Shown: piece after piece, positions 43,251 to 62,919 of the stretch | Layout: each line of letters starts with the position of its first letter | Numbering within the stretch: position 1 is the first letter of the stretch | From: Eledone cirrhosa | Taxonomy: Eukaryota | Assembly: GCA_964016885.1 (NCBI GenBank) | Contig: OZ024746.1 | Location: 6,262,001-6,326,000 of the forward strand | DNA: 64,000 nucleotides | Reading direction: 5' to 3' | The notes under the pieces: generated by a model | Databases searched by the model: none | What the model saw: the letters and a program-made list of their open reading frames with translations, nothing else | What the model was told of the DNA's origin: nothing | Translations under genes and position numbers: made by a program

Positions 43251-46200
43251 TCAGGATTTGGGCACCATGGCCCATTCGAGAAGAGAATTACTGTTTGCGG
43301 AGACATATCCGGGTGTGGGTGGTTTGTCCGGGATTACTTGGAGGAATTTGTCCAAAGACTTCTTGAATTTTGTGTGGTCAGTTTCTGTTTTGACGTGTCC
43401 TGGTGTGATGTTGAAGAGAGCAGGGCCGATTGAGGTGAAATAATTGTGCCGTATTGTTGTTATGAGTTGGGATTTAGATTTTTGAATGGGACGGATAGCA
43501 CGGGGCCCAAGCCTTGGGTGTATCTTGAAGGCGATGCCAACATCATTTGGGCAGTGATGATGGAACATTTTCCACATCATGCAGATAATATAACGCTCAC
43601 GGCGACGTTGGAGTGAGTAAAGTTTCAGGTTTTCGAATCGACCCCAGTAGTCAAGGTCTGACATGCCATCTATCTTTTTCGTGATTGCCCTTTGAGGAGC
43701 TTCAAGTTTCATGATACTTTGTTTCGTGTGGGGAGACCACAGTGGACAACAGTATTCAAGGTGTGGTCGGGCAAAGGTAGAGAAGAGAAGGATAATGGTG
43801 CGGGAATCTCTCGACTGGAAGGTTCTGAGGATCCAGGAACACATTCTGCGGGCCATGTCAACTTTGCTGCTTATATGCGTGGTCCAGCTTATGTTGCTGT
43901 CCACGGTTACTCCCAAGTCTCTGATGTTGTTAGATGCCACGAGAGTTTCCCCGGAGGGAAGGGAGTACGGGAGTTTCAGAGCATCCTCTTTTCCAAAGTG
44001 GATCAGTTCGAATTTGTCTTCGTTCAGTAACATGTTGTTCTTTTCTGCCCATTGGGTAACAGCCAGTAGGTCTGACTGAAGGCTTATCCGGTCATCCACG
44101 CCATTGATGACCTTTTGGAGCTTGGAATCATCAGCGAAAATTTTAATGTTGCTGTGTTTGATGATGTCAGTGATGTCATTAATATAGATGATGAAGAGAA
44201 GTGGCCCAACACAGTGCCTTGTGGGACCCCACTACTGACTTTGGCTGGGCTTGATTTGACTCCCTCAACTACAACATGTTGGGTTCTGTTTGACAGGAAG
44301 CTCTTGATCCACTGCAGCAGCTTTCCAGTGACACCAATATTGGACAGCTTTCTCAGTAGAATGTTATGATCAACCCTGTCAAAGGCCTTGCTGAAATCAA
44401 GGTAGATAACATCAGTGTTGGAACCCTCTCCCAAGGCTCTCAAAATGTCATCAAAGTGATGCAGTAGCTGCGTCAGGCAATCCCTTCCATTACGGAATCC
44501 ATGCTGGTTGGAGTTCAGCATATTGTTACTCTCAAGGAAGTGGGTCATTCGCGATCTCACCACTCTCTCAAATACCTTAATGATATGAGAGGTGAGTGAG
44601 ATTGGACGGTAATTCACGGCAAGGGATTTGTTTCCCTTTTTGAAAACTGGGACAACAGACTGGGATAGAAGGTTTTCTGGCACATATCCAGCATCCAGTG
44701 AGTTCCGCCACAGATTGGCAAGAGGAGATGCAAGTTGGTGTTGACACGCCTTCAAGACACAAGCAGGGAACCTATCGGGACCTACTGCTGAATTATGCTT
44801 GATTTCCTTTATTGCCGCCAAGACATCAGGGGCGCCAAACGTTATGTCCGATAAGGTGTAATGGGGAGTAACATCGCCGATACAGCCCAGATCGGCCATA
44901 TCAGGATTGCTGAAAACAGAGCAGTATTGTTTCTGCAGTATCTCACCCATGGTTTTAGCATTGTCTTGAAGAGTGCCATTTTCATCAATTAGAGGGCCAA
45001 CAGTAGAGCCAGTGATTTTGTGTTTTTTGCAAATGAAAAGAACACTTTGGGATTGAGTTTGATCTTCTCAATGGCCCAGGCCTCTTCAGCTCTTCTCTGA
45101 TTGTTGATGAGGGACATTATGTTGTTTTGGAGGTTATGTTTTTTAATCTCTAGTGATGAAATGGCAGTCAAGTTGATGTGTTGCTGCTGACAGTATTTCA
45201 GCTTGTTGATTTTTTTGTTCGTTCTCTTAATTTTTCTGATGAGCGTTTTTCTATTTCTAGGGATTCTGCCCTTAGATTTGTTTATAGTTCTTAATGGGGT
45301 GTGTTTAGCACATATGTTTGTAACAGTGTCCACAAATGTCTGCCAGGACTTTTTGATGTTAGTGGGTGTATGAGTGTGCGTGAAGGACCAGTCGACATGT
45401 GCAAGATCATGACTGATCGCTTCCCAGTTTGCATTGTGGAAATCCATAGCGTCAAACGGATGGACAGGAGAGATGACATTGGGTTTGTATATTGGACGGT
45501 GGAATCTCAGATCACAGAGAACCATGTCATGATCAGAGAGTAGAGTTTTCTCCACTGCAATATTGTGGATATTGTCAGTGTGATTGCTGAAAATTAAGTC
45601 TAGGACGTTTTTGTGGCACCTCGTTGGTTCGAGCACCAGTTGGGATAGGAAGAAATCATCCATGAAGTCAAGAAGCGATTCCACAGCTTCCCTGTCAGAG
45701 GTTGAGGCAGAAGAACCTGGTGGCAGGCTGTTTGTGGACCAGTCAACTCCGGGGAGGTTGAAGTCCCCCATCATTAAGATGTTGTCAGGGTGACACTCTT
45801 GGATGAAACACTTTATGCTGTTGAGGCATTCCTTGAAGCATGGTACAGGCGTTTGGGGTGGCCTATAGAGCCCAACTACTAATAGGTTGCTGGTTTGACT
45901 GAATACAGTGACTGCTTCACAGTATCCATTAGTGAATATGTTCATAGCCTCTGTTGAGAAAGAATTATGGACATAAATGGCAGTTCCGCCCTTTCTTCTG
46001 CCAGCGCGATCAGCACGGATGGCTTTGAAATTTTTCACTTTCACCTCGGCTTCCAACTGGAGGTTACTGAGATGGGTTTCAGTGAGGACGAAGAAAGGGA
46101 TGTGGTTTGGATGGACATCAATCCAGTCCTCCAGGAATTTGATCTTCCATTTTTGAGTATTGGTGGAAGGGCTGATGCCTTGGGCGTTAAGCAAAAATGT

Positions 46201-46269
46201 AGAGGCGAGAGTGGATGGTTTTAATTGTTTTGGTGTGTTGTTAATTTGTTTGTTTGTTAATGGCAGCAA
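43251..46269 (-). pseudogene. LINE ORF2 (APE endonuclease + reverse transcriptase) with two 1-bp frameshifts
   Basis: LNAQG, LTETHL, GLYRPP, MGDFNLP, LDLIFSN, SDH (APE); NYRPISLTS, QHGFR, YLDFSKAFDRV, SGVPQGTVLG, IFADD (RT); breaks near 45025 and 44205. Confidence 0.92.
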
Positions 46270-47016
46270 TGGGAGTTTGTGCAGTGGGGTGATAGTGGAG
46301 GGTGGTGCTGGGTGATAGCTCGAATGTTTTTTTCCAGTTCTTTTGCCAGATTCATTATGGCTAAAAAAGAGGAAGAAGTTTCCTGTTTAGAAGACTGTTG
46401 GTGACTGTGGTAGTGGTTATTTTTATGTAGGTTATGGTTTTTGTTTTTGCTTTTATTTTTAATTTTATTTTCATTTGTCCGACGGGTCCCCGGGAGATGG
46501 GTAAAGGGACAATCCCGGTCTAAACACAATCTGTCTCGCAGGGAAAAGCGGCAGATTTGTGGATTCCTTGTTTGAGTTATTGGTGGTTGTGTTGGTGTTA
46601 AATTAGAGTATGTATTATGGTGGTGGCTGTTTGTGGGGATAGATCGTTTTGTCCTAGGTAAATGGGTGAATTTGCAGCCACTATCCGCACATATTCTATA
46701 GCGTAGAGAGTAGCGGCAAATGATGGGGTTTCGAGTGGGTGGGTATGTGGGTGTGTGTGTTGTGAGAGGTGTAGATGATGGTTTGGGTAGGATTTGACGA
46801 CCTTTGTGGACTGTGGGAGGGAGAGTTCTTGTTCTGGTATTAGAAGGTAAATTCCTTGACATAGCAGTAGAGAAAAATGTTGTAGTAGTAGTAGTAGGCA
46901 GAGATATTGGCAGTGTTGATGATTGGACTGCTGGGCCAGAGAAAGGATGTGGCGTTTCATGCTGTGAGACAGAGGCTACTGGGGGGGTCAATAGTTTCAT
47001 TTAGTAGATCGGCCAT
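46257..47016 (-). CDS. LINE ORF1-like protein, S/T/P-rich, with two CCCH-type zinc-finger repeats
   Basis: [19 protein letters not shown] and [19 protein letters not shown] in ORF 46257-47000, directly upstream of ORF2; start uncertain. Confidence 0.65.
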
Positions 47017-47129
47017 TGTTGATGAATCAAGGAGTGGTTCACACTGTTGTTGTCGTTGTTGTTGTTGTTGCTGTTGTTGTTGTTGCCGTTGTAGCTGCTG
47101 TTGTTGTTGTTGCTGCTGCTGGAGTGGCC

Positions 47130-47895
<766 letters not shown>

Positions 47896-47932
47896 GAAAG
47901 ATTTGAATGGATACAGTTTAGTTGAAAGGAAT

Positions 47933-48049
47933 TTATTGACACGTGTTTCTATAACAGTTACATAACCTAAAACAGCTATCTACAAACTTTTAGTTATGCA
48001 GACATTCAATATTTCAATGTTATTATTTACTGTCATTTCATCAGAATAA
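47933..48049 (-). ncRNA. Type I hammerhead ribozyme motif in PLE 3' pLTR
   Basis: ttatt-CTGATGA-long stem II-GAAAC-acgt-GTC-aataa; palindromic stem III. Confidence 0.82.
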
Positions 48050-48634
48050 TATTACTGAGGACCTATTTAGTTTTTATAGAGAATATTAGGAGGGAGGGGT
48101 GAAGTTGTTAGAAGAATAGTTGAAGGAGTGGTTTTTTGATAGTGAGAATTCTTGGTGGCAGTGAGTAATTAGATTCCCATCTGTTGGTTTGACATTTTTT
48201 ATAGAATATATTATTGGTTATTTTTCTAAATCTATAGAAGGATTAGAGATAGTAAAGATATGCGTGGTTGGTTTTGTGTTTGCACTTAATTAACATTCAG
48301 ACTTAAATTTTTCTTTCAAGTGTACGTATCCTTTCACCCACGCATTCACACAAATATATTTGCACACCTCTACAAAATACATATACTCACAATTCACATA
48401 TTCATACTTACATATATATACACATGCATACACATATATATACACACATGTATTCATGTACATACATACGCGCTCATGTGTATACATTTTCATACTCAAC
48501 TTATCTTTATATACACACGTATAGACACACACATATATACATACATACTCTAGTCCATGTGTACGCACATACACATACATACACATCCATATACACATAT
48601 ATACATACACATATATATATATATATATATACAC

Positions 48635-48673
<39 letters not shown>

Positions 48674-48996
48674 CATACATACATATATATACATATACAC
48701 ATACATACATATATATATATATATATAAGCACTTTAATACATGAATACACTTACATCTAACTATACACATCAAACATATATATATATTTACTTATTTATA
48801 TACATTTTCACATATATATACATACTTATGGACGTTTTTAGACACATTCATTATCGCATATTTGTACCTATTCTCATCAGCATATCTTTTCATTATTAGT
48901 ATGGTAATTTAAGGTTATTAATATATGTTGAGAAGAGATTGTTTTTATATTTTTCTAACTAGATTAAGGTTTATATAGTTGGGGGATGTCCCTCTT

Positions 48997-54235
<5,239 letters not shown>

Positions 54236-54238
54236 TGT

Positions 54239-55578
54239 ATGGAGGATACAAAGGAGTATAATAGTTTCAAGCAGCGTCTTTACATGCATACCCATTCTTT
54301 TCGTTACCCTCTAAGAAGGAATATGACGTCACTTTCAGCTTATATCTGGAGTCTAAAAGACAACCACACCCAATATAAGTTACACTGGGAGATCCTAGCT
54401 AGGGCTAGATCGTATAACGGAAATAAAAGACCATGTGACCTCTGCGCCGCTGAGGCCCTGGAAATACTCTACGCCACAGACCACATCTTAAACAAAAAAT
54501 CTGAGGCAATTTCGGCTTGTAAACATAAATTGCACAAAACTTTCCTGTATTACAGCCCCACGTTATACCCTAACGGATAGCACGATCTATACGTGGATAT
54601 GTTACGTCTTGATGTGGGAGCTAAGTATATGTTTTGTTTATTCCTTTACTTATTTGCATAGGTAAGTATATATTACCCGTATGTTTTGTGAAGGTAAGTA
54701 TACCTTCTCGTACGTATATTTGACTGTTATGGCGTATAATTTTGACATATTCTGGTATTTAGGGTTTGGCTATGTGTATACGGGAGTTTTGCGTCTGCGT
54801 GAGTATGCAGGTTCGTACGTATGGTGGGTGTGTGTATATGTGTACTTCTTGTTTTAGTTGACTTACGTCTCCGAACATTCGTGTATTTATATGTAGGTAT
54901 GTGTGTGCGCTTGTTATATAGGTATTTATTTACTTATATACGTTTATATAATTATTTATTTATGTGTACACAAGCATACACACACACACATATTTATATG
55001 TGCGTGGTTTTGTATACCTTGATAAAGTTTTGCGTATGCTTGTGTATGTACGTATCTGTTTGCGTGTATGTATTTATTTGTTTCTATTACTTCTGTATTG
55101 TATTTATTTACTTTGTTCTTAACTCTGTAGCGGAGATTCATTTGGTCTCCTAGTTAGAATTTTAGTCTACGACTTCTGCTATACCATTTACGTGGTTTTG
55201 TCTTTGCGTGCTATTGTTCTCCACGCTCCACATATGACTTATTATCTTCGTTTTTTCGTTCATTGCCAGAGAACGTCTCTATGCACCACCTAAGAGAACA
55301 TTAGTCTACGACCTCCTTTATACCATAAACGTGGTTCTGTCTTTGCGCGTAATTGTTTTTCACCGCTCCTATTAATGACGTATTATTCGTTTTTTCCCGT
55401 TCTTTGCCAGCGAACGTTTCCACGAACCAAAGTATCGTCTTCCTGTCTTCCTCCGGTTGCAACGTTTTTTGAAATATCCAGTTCTGCGTTTACAGATTGA
55501 CTTTGTTAGTTTCAGAAGATCCCGTTAAGGGTGAAAGTAGCGATTCTTTGCTTAAACTTTAATCTGTTATTTTAATAA
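54239..55578 (+). mobile_element. Nematis-type PLE 3' fragment (EN C-terminus + 3' UTR)
   Basis: FKQRLYMHTHSFR..TSLSAYIWSLK..WEIL..CDLCAAEALEIL..LNKKSEAISACKH; A4-variant HHR motif at 55508-55558. Confidence 0.88.
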
Positions 55579-55610
<32 letters not shown>

Positions 55611-55649
55611 ATGTGTGTGTGTGTGTGTGTGTGTATAGATAAATGTATA

Positions 55650-55822
55650 CATATGGCTGTGTGGCCAGGGTATTCGGCTCGTGATAGTAAGGTCATGAGT
55701 GCGATTCCCAGCGGTACGCTGTGTCCTTGAGCAAGACACTTTATTTCACGTTGCTCCAGTCTACTCAGCTGGCAAAAATGAGTTATATCTGTAATTCGAA
55801 GGGCCAGCCTTGTCACATTTTG
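55650..55822 (+). mobile_element. SINE family B
   Basis: tggctgtgtggcc...gagtgcgattccc...gtccttgagcaagacactttatttcacgttgctccagt. Confidence 0.8.
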
Positions 55823-55828
55823 TGTATG

Positions 55829-55916
<88 letters not shown>

Positions 55917-56099
55917 TGTGTGTGTGTAATTTTAAAGAAATGGAAAGAAAGTGTCGTTTGAACGACTATCCTCTACTTTCAACTAACTTGCACTCCTCAG
56001 TCAAGATGGAGAATACATTGCCCGGATGACGGTGAAGGAGACACGCTGGAACAGCCACGCCACCTCGCGGGGATCGCACCTTTCGAAAGTATTTTACAA

Positions 56100-56820
56100 T
56101 GACCTATATTACGCAACATACTTTTGATTTAGTTTTCTCAACTGGATTCTACTGAGAACTGACGCAATCAATGTTTTTTAACACTTCGATTTTTTTCGCA
56201 TCGATTATTTGAATAATGTGATATAAAACATTTTCTATTGCACCAAATAGAAGAAATTGGAATTAGATGAGGAAAATATCTTTAAACGTATCAAAGAAAT
56301 ATATATGAAGATCGAGCTAAATTCTTCAGAAGAATTCCTAGACCTCCGTGTAAAAATTTACCTCGTCTTCCAGTATAAATAGAATATTTTCATTGGAAGT
56401 GAAATAATGAACCATTCAAAGAAAGATATCTAGAAGGAACACAGCAGGTGAATCCAGAACTGCAAACTACAGCAATAATTTATTATGAAATATCTCATTG
56501 TCTTTCTTAGCTTTTGGTTACCGCTATTAACAATTCGATGTTTTCTATCATTTCTGCATACTAGAAAAATTATCACAGAACACACTGAAACATTTGGCGA
56601 TCTTTTTAACCAAATTAATACCATGCCCAGATAATGGATGATTCTTTTGACATATCATACCGATAAGCATTATCGTCAAACATAGGGTTCAATTATCTTT
56701 TTAAAATGTCATGTAATAACAGATGTCACAGTGACTTCGGAATATTCACCAATCATTATTAAAATATATATTTTTCGCAGAATTGAGTCTGTGCTTTTGC
56801 AACAGTTTATGTTTAACGAT
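56100..56820 (+). pseudogene. Possible highly decayed PLE RT remnant
   Basis: Fragmentary translations FRIDYLNN / KEIY / EFLDLRVKI resemble PLE RT motifs C-E; many stops. Confidence 0.35.
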
Positions 56821-56832
56821 ATATAATATATT

Positions 56833-57012
56833 GTTCTACTTTTGGCACAAGGCCAGAAATTATCCCAATGTATCACTGGTATTTTATTTTATTGACCCCG
56901 TAAGGAGGAAAGTCAAAGTTAACCTCGGCAGGATTTGAACTCAGACCGTAAAGGGACGTAACTCTATGCTGCAAAGCACGGCGTCCGACCCTCTACCGAT
57001 ACTGCCAATCCA
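56833..57012 (-). mobile_element. SINE family A
   Basis: Matches the family core. Confidence 0.85.
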
Positions 57013-57278
57013 ACTATATATAATATATAATATGTAACTAGATAAATAGATAAATAATCACTAAACATATATACAGACTCATTAACAAGAAATACACTCA
57101 TCCCACCCTCAAACATATATATCAACATCCCACCCTCAAACATATATATCAACAGCACATTTCGCTCTCAATTCATTATATACATATATATAGAGATATA
57201 TATAGAGAGAGAATTTCGTTTTTAAATATAAACAAATGTGCATACACACATAATCACACACGCACACGCACACACACC

Positions 57279-57328
<50 letters not shown>

Positions 57329-57330
<2 letters not shown>

Positions 57331-57450
57331 TGAGATTCTACAGGACTAGAACTGTTTCATTCATTAGAAATCATCAGGAATCTCTTTTATACTCTGCTAT
57401 GTATTGAGTACCTTACTTACTGTGGTTACCTCCGATCAACCCGGAATAAC

Positions 57451-57453
<3 letters not shown>
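57329..57453. mobile_element. Inverted HHR + direct tail mini-insertion in (TA)n
   Basis: 57332-57384 is the HHR on the minus strand, joined to the tail (57385-57453, +) of the 39931 family. Confidence 0.85.
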
Positions 57454-57505
<52 letters not shown>

Positions 57506-57652
57506 TATATATATATAAATGTAATCTGAATTTTTCGAATATTAATAATAATATTTTTTTACTTTACAATTATGCAAACAAGCCTCATTTTTAAAGCCAT
57601 GTCAGTAGAATGAACCCTTCATTCTTGCTCTTGTGTTGGCATATAAACAGAA

Positions 57653-57696
57653 CTGCAGACACTAATGTTTCTGGGTATCACTCTTCATCAGTACAG
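57653..57696 (-). ncRNA. Type I hammerhead ribozyme
   Basis: ctgta-CTGATGA-agagtgataccca-GAAA-ca/ttag/tg-TC-tgcag, inside a 57520-57790 homolog of 17800-18070. Confidence 0.82.
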
Positions 57697-58087
57697 CTCA
57701 CTGTTCACCTGCCAACTGTCAGAGCTAGTGAAAATATATGCTATATTCTAAAATATACAGTGACTGATCAACCTGATTTGCATATTAGCAGACTGGCTCA
57801 TCAGTTAGATCTGCATATTAGCAGATCCACTGATCAGCCAGATTTGCATTTAAAAAATAATATATATATATATATGTATTTGCACGTTTACATATTATTT
57901 ATCCGTCATAAATATTTATAACAAAGAACTGAAAAAACTAATTCAAATGTGTTTAAATTCACAATTATAAGAAATACAAGCAAATGAATATATAACTGAA
58001 AATATGAGATAAGAAGTCTAATTTCAGATACACATAAGTAAAGGTAAAGATAAGAATATAACAAAAGGAGATAAAATATAAGCAAAA

Positions 58088-58281
58088 TAGGAAAATGTTC
58101 AGGACCCCGACGGCAGAGCTCAAGCCGTTTCGACGGCTATTTCTGGATAGTCCAGAAATAGCCGTCGAAACGGCTTGATCTCTGCCGTCGGGGTCCTGAA
58201 ATTTTTCCTATTACCCACTCTACTACCCAAAGTACTCTGGTGCGTTATGGTCCACCTGGTTCCTTAACACACTTCCTTCAT

Positions 58282-58283
<2 letters not shown>
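58088..58283. mobile_element. Short fold-back (~50-bp arms) with one-sided tail
   Basis: 58088-58139 vs 58142-58190 inverted; contains GAAACggct..gccGTC stem III. Confidence 0.8.
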
Positions 58284-58315
<32 letters not shown>

Positions 58316-58319
58316 CATA

Positions 58320-59055
58320 AAAGTTAAGGGGCGAAGCACTCTAAAGAGCTTCTCCTGTCCAACCCTTTAGAGTTTTGTACCATTATGAAGGAGTGTTAAA
58401 ATGTCCACAGCATCCAATAAAATAAATACCCTATAATAAACACAAAATGGATGATATAGAAAAACTAATAGGAATATTGTTAATTTGGTTTAGAATATTA
58501 AAAGACGATTAATGTGAAGAGGTTGAATGTAGAGTGGCTCCCACCCTACCCCTAACTGTAGAGTGAGGGGTCTCATAAACGAACCAAAATGGTACTAGAA
58601 CCATATACGATTGAAAGACTTCATTTTCCCTATTCATTAACTTCGACCTATATGTAGTGATTTCCATAGCTTCGGTTAAATAAACATTAGTTGCATTGGT
58701 TTAGCTGAGTTAATAATATACCACATTAGTGAGCGTCCAATATTGGATTTATTTAGATTCCAAATGAAATGTGCAACGGAAGTCGAACTTTTTCAGTTTT
58801 CCATATGAAAGGAATGTAAATGAAAATTATATCGCAATTTAAATGGGTTATACATAGCTTCAATATAATATATAGTGTTATTAGGTGTAGTTACTGTGAT
58901 TTATATACGGTGTTAAGTCTAAGACAATTACCTTTTAATGGGCACTTACTTGATACTCTACAATTACATTCAGAATTAGCATTATTGGTGTTATGAACTA
59001 TATTAGAATTTTTATCATGGTTAGAAATAGATTCAGCCTTATCAGTAATAATATA
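58320..59055 (-). mobile_element. Decayed Nematis-type PLE 3' fragment
   Basis: ECNCRVSSKCPLKGNCLRLNTVYK. Confidence 0.7.
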
Positions 59056-60860
59056 GCTCGACTGTGGGATGACAGCTTTTGATTTCAGAGTCGGGCCAGA
59101 TCGATACAGATCGAACCGTGAGCTGATCGATAGCGAAACGCGCGTCACCAATCAATAAACGTAATGAAGGTTAAACAAATCATCCTTGTATTATATTCCT
59201 AAGTGATCCCTATTTCATTTGTAAAAAAAAAACATCTTCAGAATAATTACAGGGTTTCTACGTTTTTTGCTCATCACTATGAAAGTATAATAATAGATTG
59301 GAACTTGAGTATACTTCTACTTCAGCAAACATATATTGTCTCTCGTCATTGTTCTCTTCAAGAATGTGTCACGATTTTCAATACTTCGTTTTCAAACAAT
59401 GATGTTGTCATTAGCGCACACCTGATATTATTTTGTCAGCTTCGTAAACTCTGATATTCTCATAATGCTACCACTTGCCTCTTTTCCTCTATACTTTCTT
59501 TTTATGTATGTTGCTTTGCTGCTGTTTTCATTCTAATGATTCTTCTTTACCTATAATTTATATATAGGAAGATAAAGGTTACTAGTAGGTATAATGTTGA
59601 TATCAGGTAATAATGTATTATCGGTTAAAAGAAAATTGTCTTTTGTATTCTGCGATACGGATATGAGTACATTAATAAAACGAAGTATTATTGCAATATT
59701 CGCTAAATATTACAATATTCAGAAAGACGAATCGCAATAATGGCGGAATATCTTCCATTTAGAAACAAATAAAATGAAAGTATTTATCATAATTTCTATG
59801 AAACGAATATAAACCTATAAAACATTCTAGAATGTTTATTCTCGATCCTTACGCACTCAGTGTGCAACATAAACAAATATAGAATATAATGAAAGCTTTA
59901 CTTTGGGAAAATAAATATGAAATCAAATTCTTTGATTTTTATCATTCTTCCCTCCAACATTTTACTTCTAAAATTGTCATGAGTGATTTTAGTTCAAACT
60001 ATTACAACAAATGAACGTCAATGTGTGACACAGGCACACAAGATAATATAAATGATGTGGCAGCATAAAGTACATCTTAACACGATAATTCTATTAACAG
60101 AGAATGAAATTATATTTATCAATTGTGTATTCCTGCTGATTGTATGATACACGACGAATGACATTTTTACGTTTCACCATACGTAATTAAAAATGGAAAA
60201 CTTTTAATAAAGCTTTCATAGTTTTTTATTCTAATTATGTTTTTATCACGAAATGTCTACTGCATTAGAGAATCTTTGAGGGAACGTGCTGAATTCCTTA
60301 TTTATTTTCATCCCTTAACAGTTTATTTCTCTTTTTCTATATTGCCTTTGGCCATTGAAGGGGTGTGACATAATTCTCTACTTCTAGTTTCTATTAAGGT
60401 TTAGTTATTGTTAATACATTTACTGTTGCTTCCTTCTTTTCTCATTTTTATAACAAATGATAAAAAATTGAAGATTTTATTTCAACTTCTCAGAGTTTGA
60501 AATATATATAGACTTATGAATTTAGTTCCTATTTTAGGCTTTTTTTGCCGTACTTTCCAGTTTACGTAACTTCTTTTAGATTTCAATTAAAGATTTCGTG
60601 TTAATTCAGTTTCAATTTCAGTTCCACTTATGATATTTCTACCCGAATCTATTTCGTCTCAAGCACACTTATAGAAACTTGAAATAGTTTCTATTTATAT
60701 TATCAACACATATGCGACTCCCATTACGTATATTTTATTCAATCTTTATGAATGTAAGATCTTTAAACTTTAATATTTTTGTCTTGTTTCCCTTCTCTTT
60801 TGATGTGTTGATGTACTCACTTGGCTTCCTTCCGTCTGTTCTGCGTTTTGATTCTATTTT

Positions 60861-60940
<80 letters not shown>

Positions 60941-61006
60941 GCATACATATATACATACACATATATATACACATATATCTATCTCCCTCTCTCTCTCTAT
61001 ACATAT

Positions 61007-61049
<43 letters not shown>

Positions 61050-61051
61050 TA

Positions 61052-62088
61052 TAACTGTAACTATCGACTTCCCTTCCAAACACCCTAACAATAGACTACC
61101 TGTATTAGACACAGAACTCTGGATTAACACTATAGACGAGAGAGCCCAAATTCTCCACTCACACTATGCTAAACCCATGGCCTCCAAATACCTGATACTC
61201 AAAAACTCAGCAATGTCCAGTAGTGCTAAGTTTAATATTCTGATCGCAGATTTGGTACGAGTGATGAAGAATGTGTCCAGCATGTGCGACCCAACAGAAA
61301 TGGAAAGACACATCCAACACTTCATCAACCGCATGCAGTTCTCTGGCTACAACCAAAGAGACAGAGTCAGAGTATACGAAGGAGCCATGGAAAATTATAA
61401 GACCCTCATAGAACTGGACATGAAAGGAATTTGCCCATTATACAGGAGCAAATCATGGAATAGCTTAGATAGGGCTAGACATAAGATAGGGAAGGCCACA
61501 TCATGGTACGACAACCAGAGATATCAGAGTGTCATGTTTGTGGACGCCACCCCTGAAGGGAAATTAGCTAACCAGTGTAGAAAGGCCCTGAGAAAGACCC
61601 ACTTAAAAATAAAGGTGGTAGAAAAGCCAGGAACCACCATAAAATCCCTGATCAGCAAAACCTACCCGTTTAAGAAAACCCACTGTACCAATAGGAAATG
61701 TATCATATGTAAGGTGAACCCCCGGATAAACTGTAAAACTAGAAACGTAGTCTATAACATAAGATGTACAGAGGGTACTTGCAGAAACATGACAACAACA
61801 TACATAGGCGAAACAGCTCGTAGCATAGGTGAAAGGATAGACCAACACTGGGGGGAACTAAAAGGACGAAAAAACGGGTCAGTACTATACGAACATGCTA
61901 GACAACAACATGACGGTAACATAGACAACATAGAAATTAGAATAATATCTAAACATAGGAATGACCCAGCAGATAGGCAAATCAGAGAGGCCAGTGAAAT
62001 AGAAATTAGAAGACCAAAGCTAAACAGAAAGAATGAGTGGAACAACAACAACACCCAAACAAACAACACTGACCTAAGAGAAGTATAA
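61052..62088 (+). CDS. PLE RT thumb + GIY-YIG endonuclease (partial, ~345 aa)
   Basis: [18 protein letters not shown]...[44 protein letters not shown]. Confidence 0.9.
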
Positions 62089-62605
62089 ATAAGTAAATAA
62101 AATAAAATAAAATAAGATAAATAAATACATACACAAGCACAATAACAACAAGCACATAAACACACACTAGTCACCCAGCAGACACAACACTATACACACT
62201 AGTCACACAGAAAACGTAACACTATACACACACGCAAACGCATGCGCAAAGAAGACAAAATAAAATAAACAAACAAGCAAATAAATAAATAAATATATAG
62301 ACAGACTGAATAAAAAATGGCGTAGACATACAACACAACAGGAGGAAAAAATATAACACCACTGACGATGTTGCAGATGTGCAACGAAAGATTTATGTAA
62401 ATTATGTAAACTATATATATGTTTGTGTCTATATTGTATCTGTATTATTTTTTACCGTCGGTCAGTCAATGGCAACATTGAGGACCGATTAAGTTAGATC
62501 GCAGATATAAAAGACAGCGAGAAGCGAAAACCAACCAAACAGTGAGTGTGTTCTGTTATTAATTCTGGCAATATTACACAAATATGACCCTCCCCAAGTA
62601 TAACA
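61052..62605 (+). mobile_element. Neptune-type PLE, 5'-truncated at (TA)n
   Basis: Open C-terminal ORF + 3' UTR with HHR motif (62359-62398), ending ccccaagtataaca(TA). Confidence 0.92.
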
Positions 62606-62649
62606 TATATATATACATGTGCCAAAAGTAGAAACAATTATATATATAT

Positions 62650-62851
62650 ATCGTAGGAACGATCGACTTTCGTCAAATCGGACCGAGGGAACAATGTTTC
62701 CGTTGGTCTTTCCAATTGCTAATACTATCTATCGGTCGCAACTCCAGGTAGAAGGAGCAACGTGAAATAAAGTGTCTTGCTCAAGGACATAACGCATCGT
62801 CTGGTCCAGGAATCGAACTCACAACCTTACGATTGCGAATCGCCACACGCC

Positions 62852-62855
<4 letters not shown>
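62650..62855 (-). mobile_element. SINE family B
   Basis: ggagcaacgtgaaataaagtgtcttgctcaagga...ggaatcgaactc. Confidence 0.75.
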
Positions 62856-62909
<54 letters not shown>

Positions 62910-62919
62910 TATATATATA

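Larger units (their letters stand above)
43166..47130 (-). mobile_element. Near full-length CR1/L2-group non-LTR retrotransposon
   Basis: ORF1-like region + APE endonuclease + RT; 3' end (ttcaaagtta)2 runs into (TA)n; 5' end has a (CAG/CAA)n tract. Confidence 0.92.

Noticed and set aside
47040-47120. Polyglutamine protein
   Set aside because: (CAG/CAA)n tract at the LINE 5' end, preceded only by (TA)n-derived start codons
59120-59150. GAAACgcgcGTC hammerhead stem III
   Set aside because: No matching core or stem I upstream; at most a truncated arm
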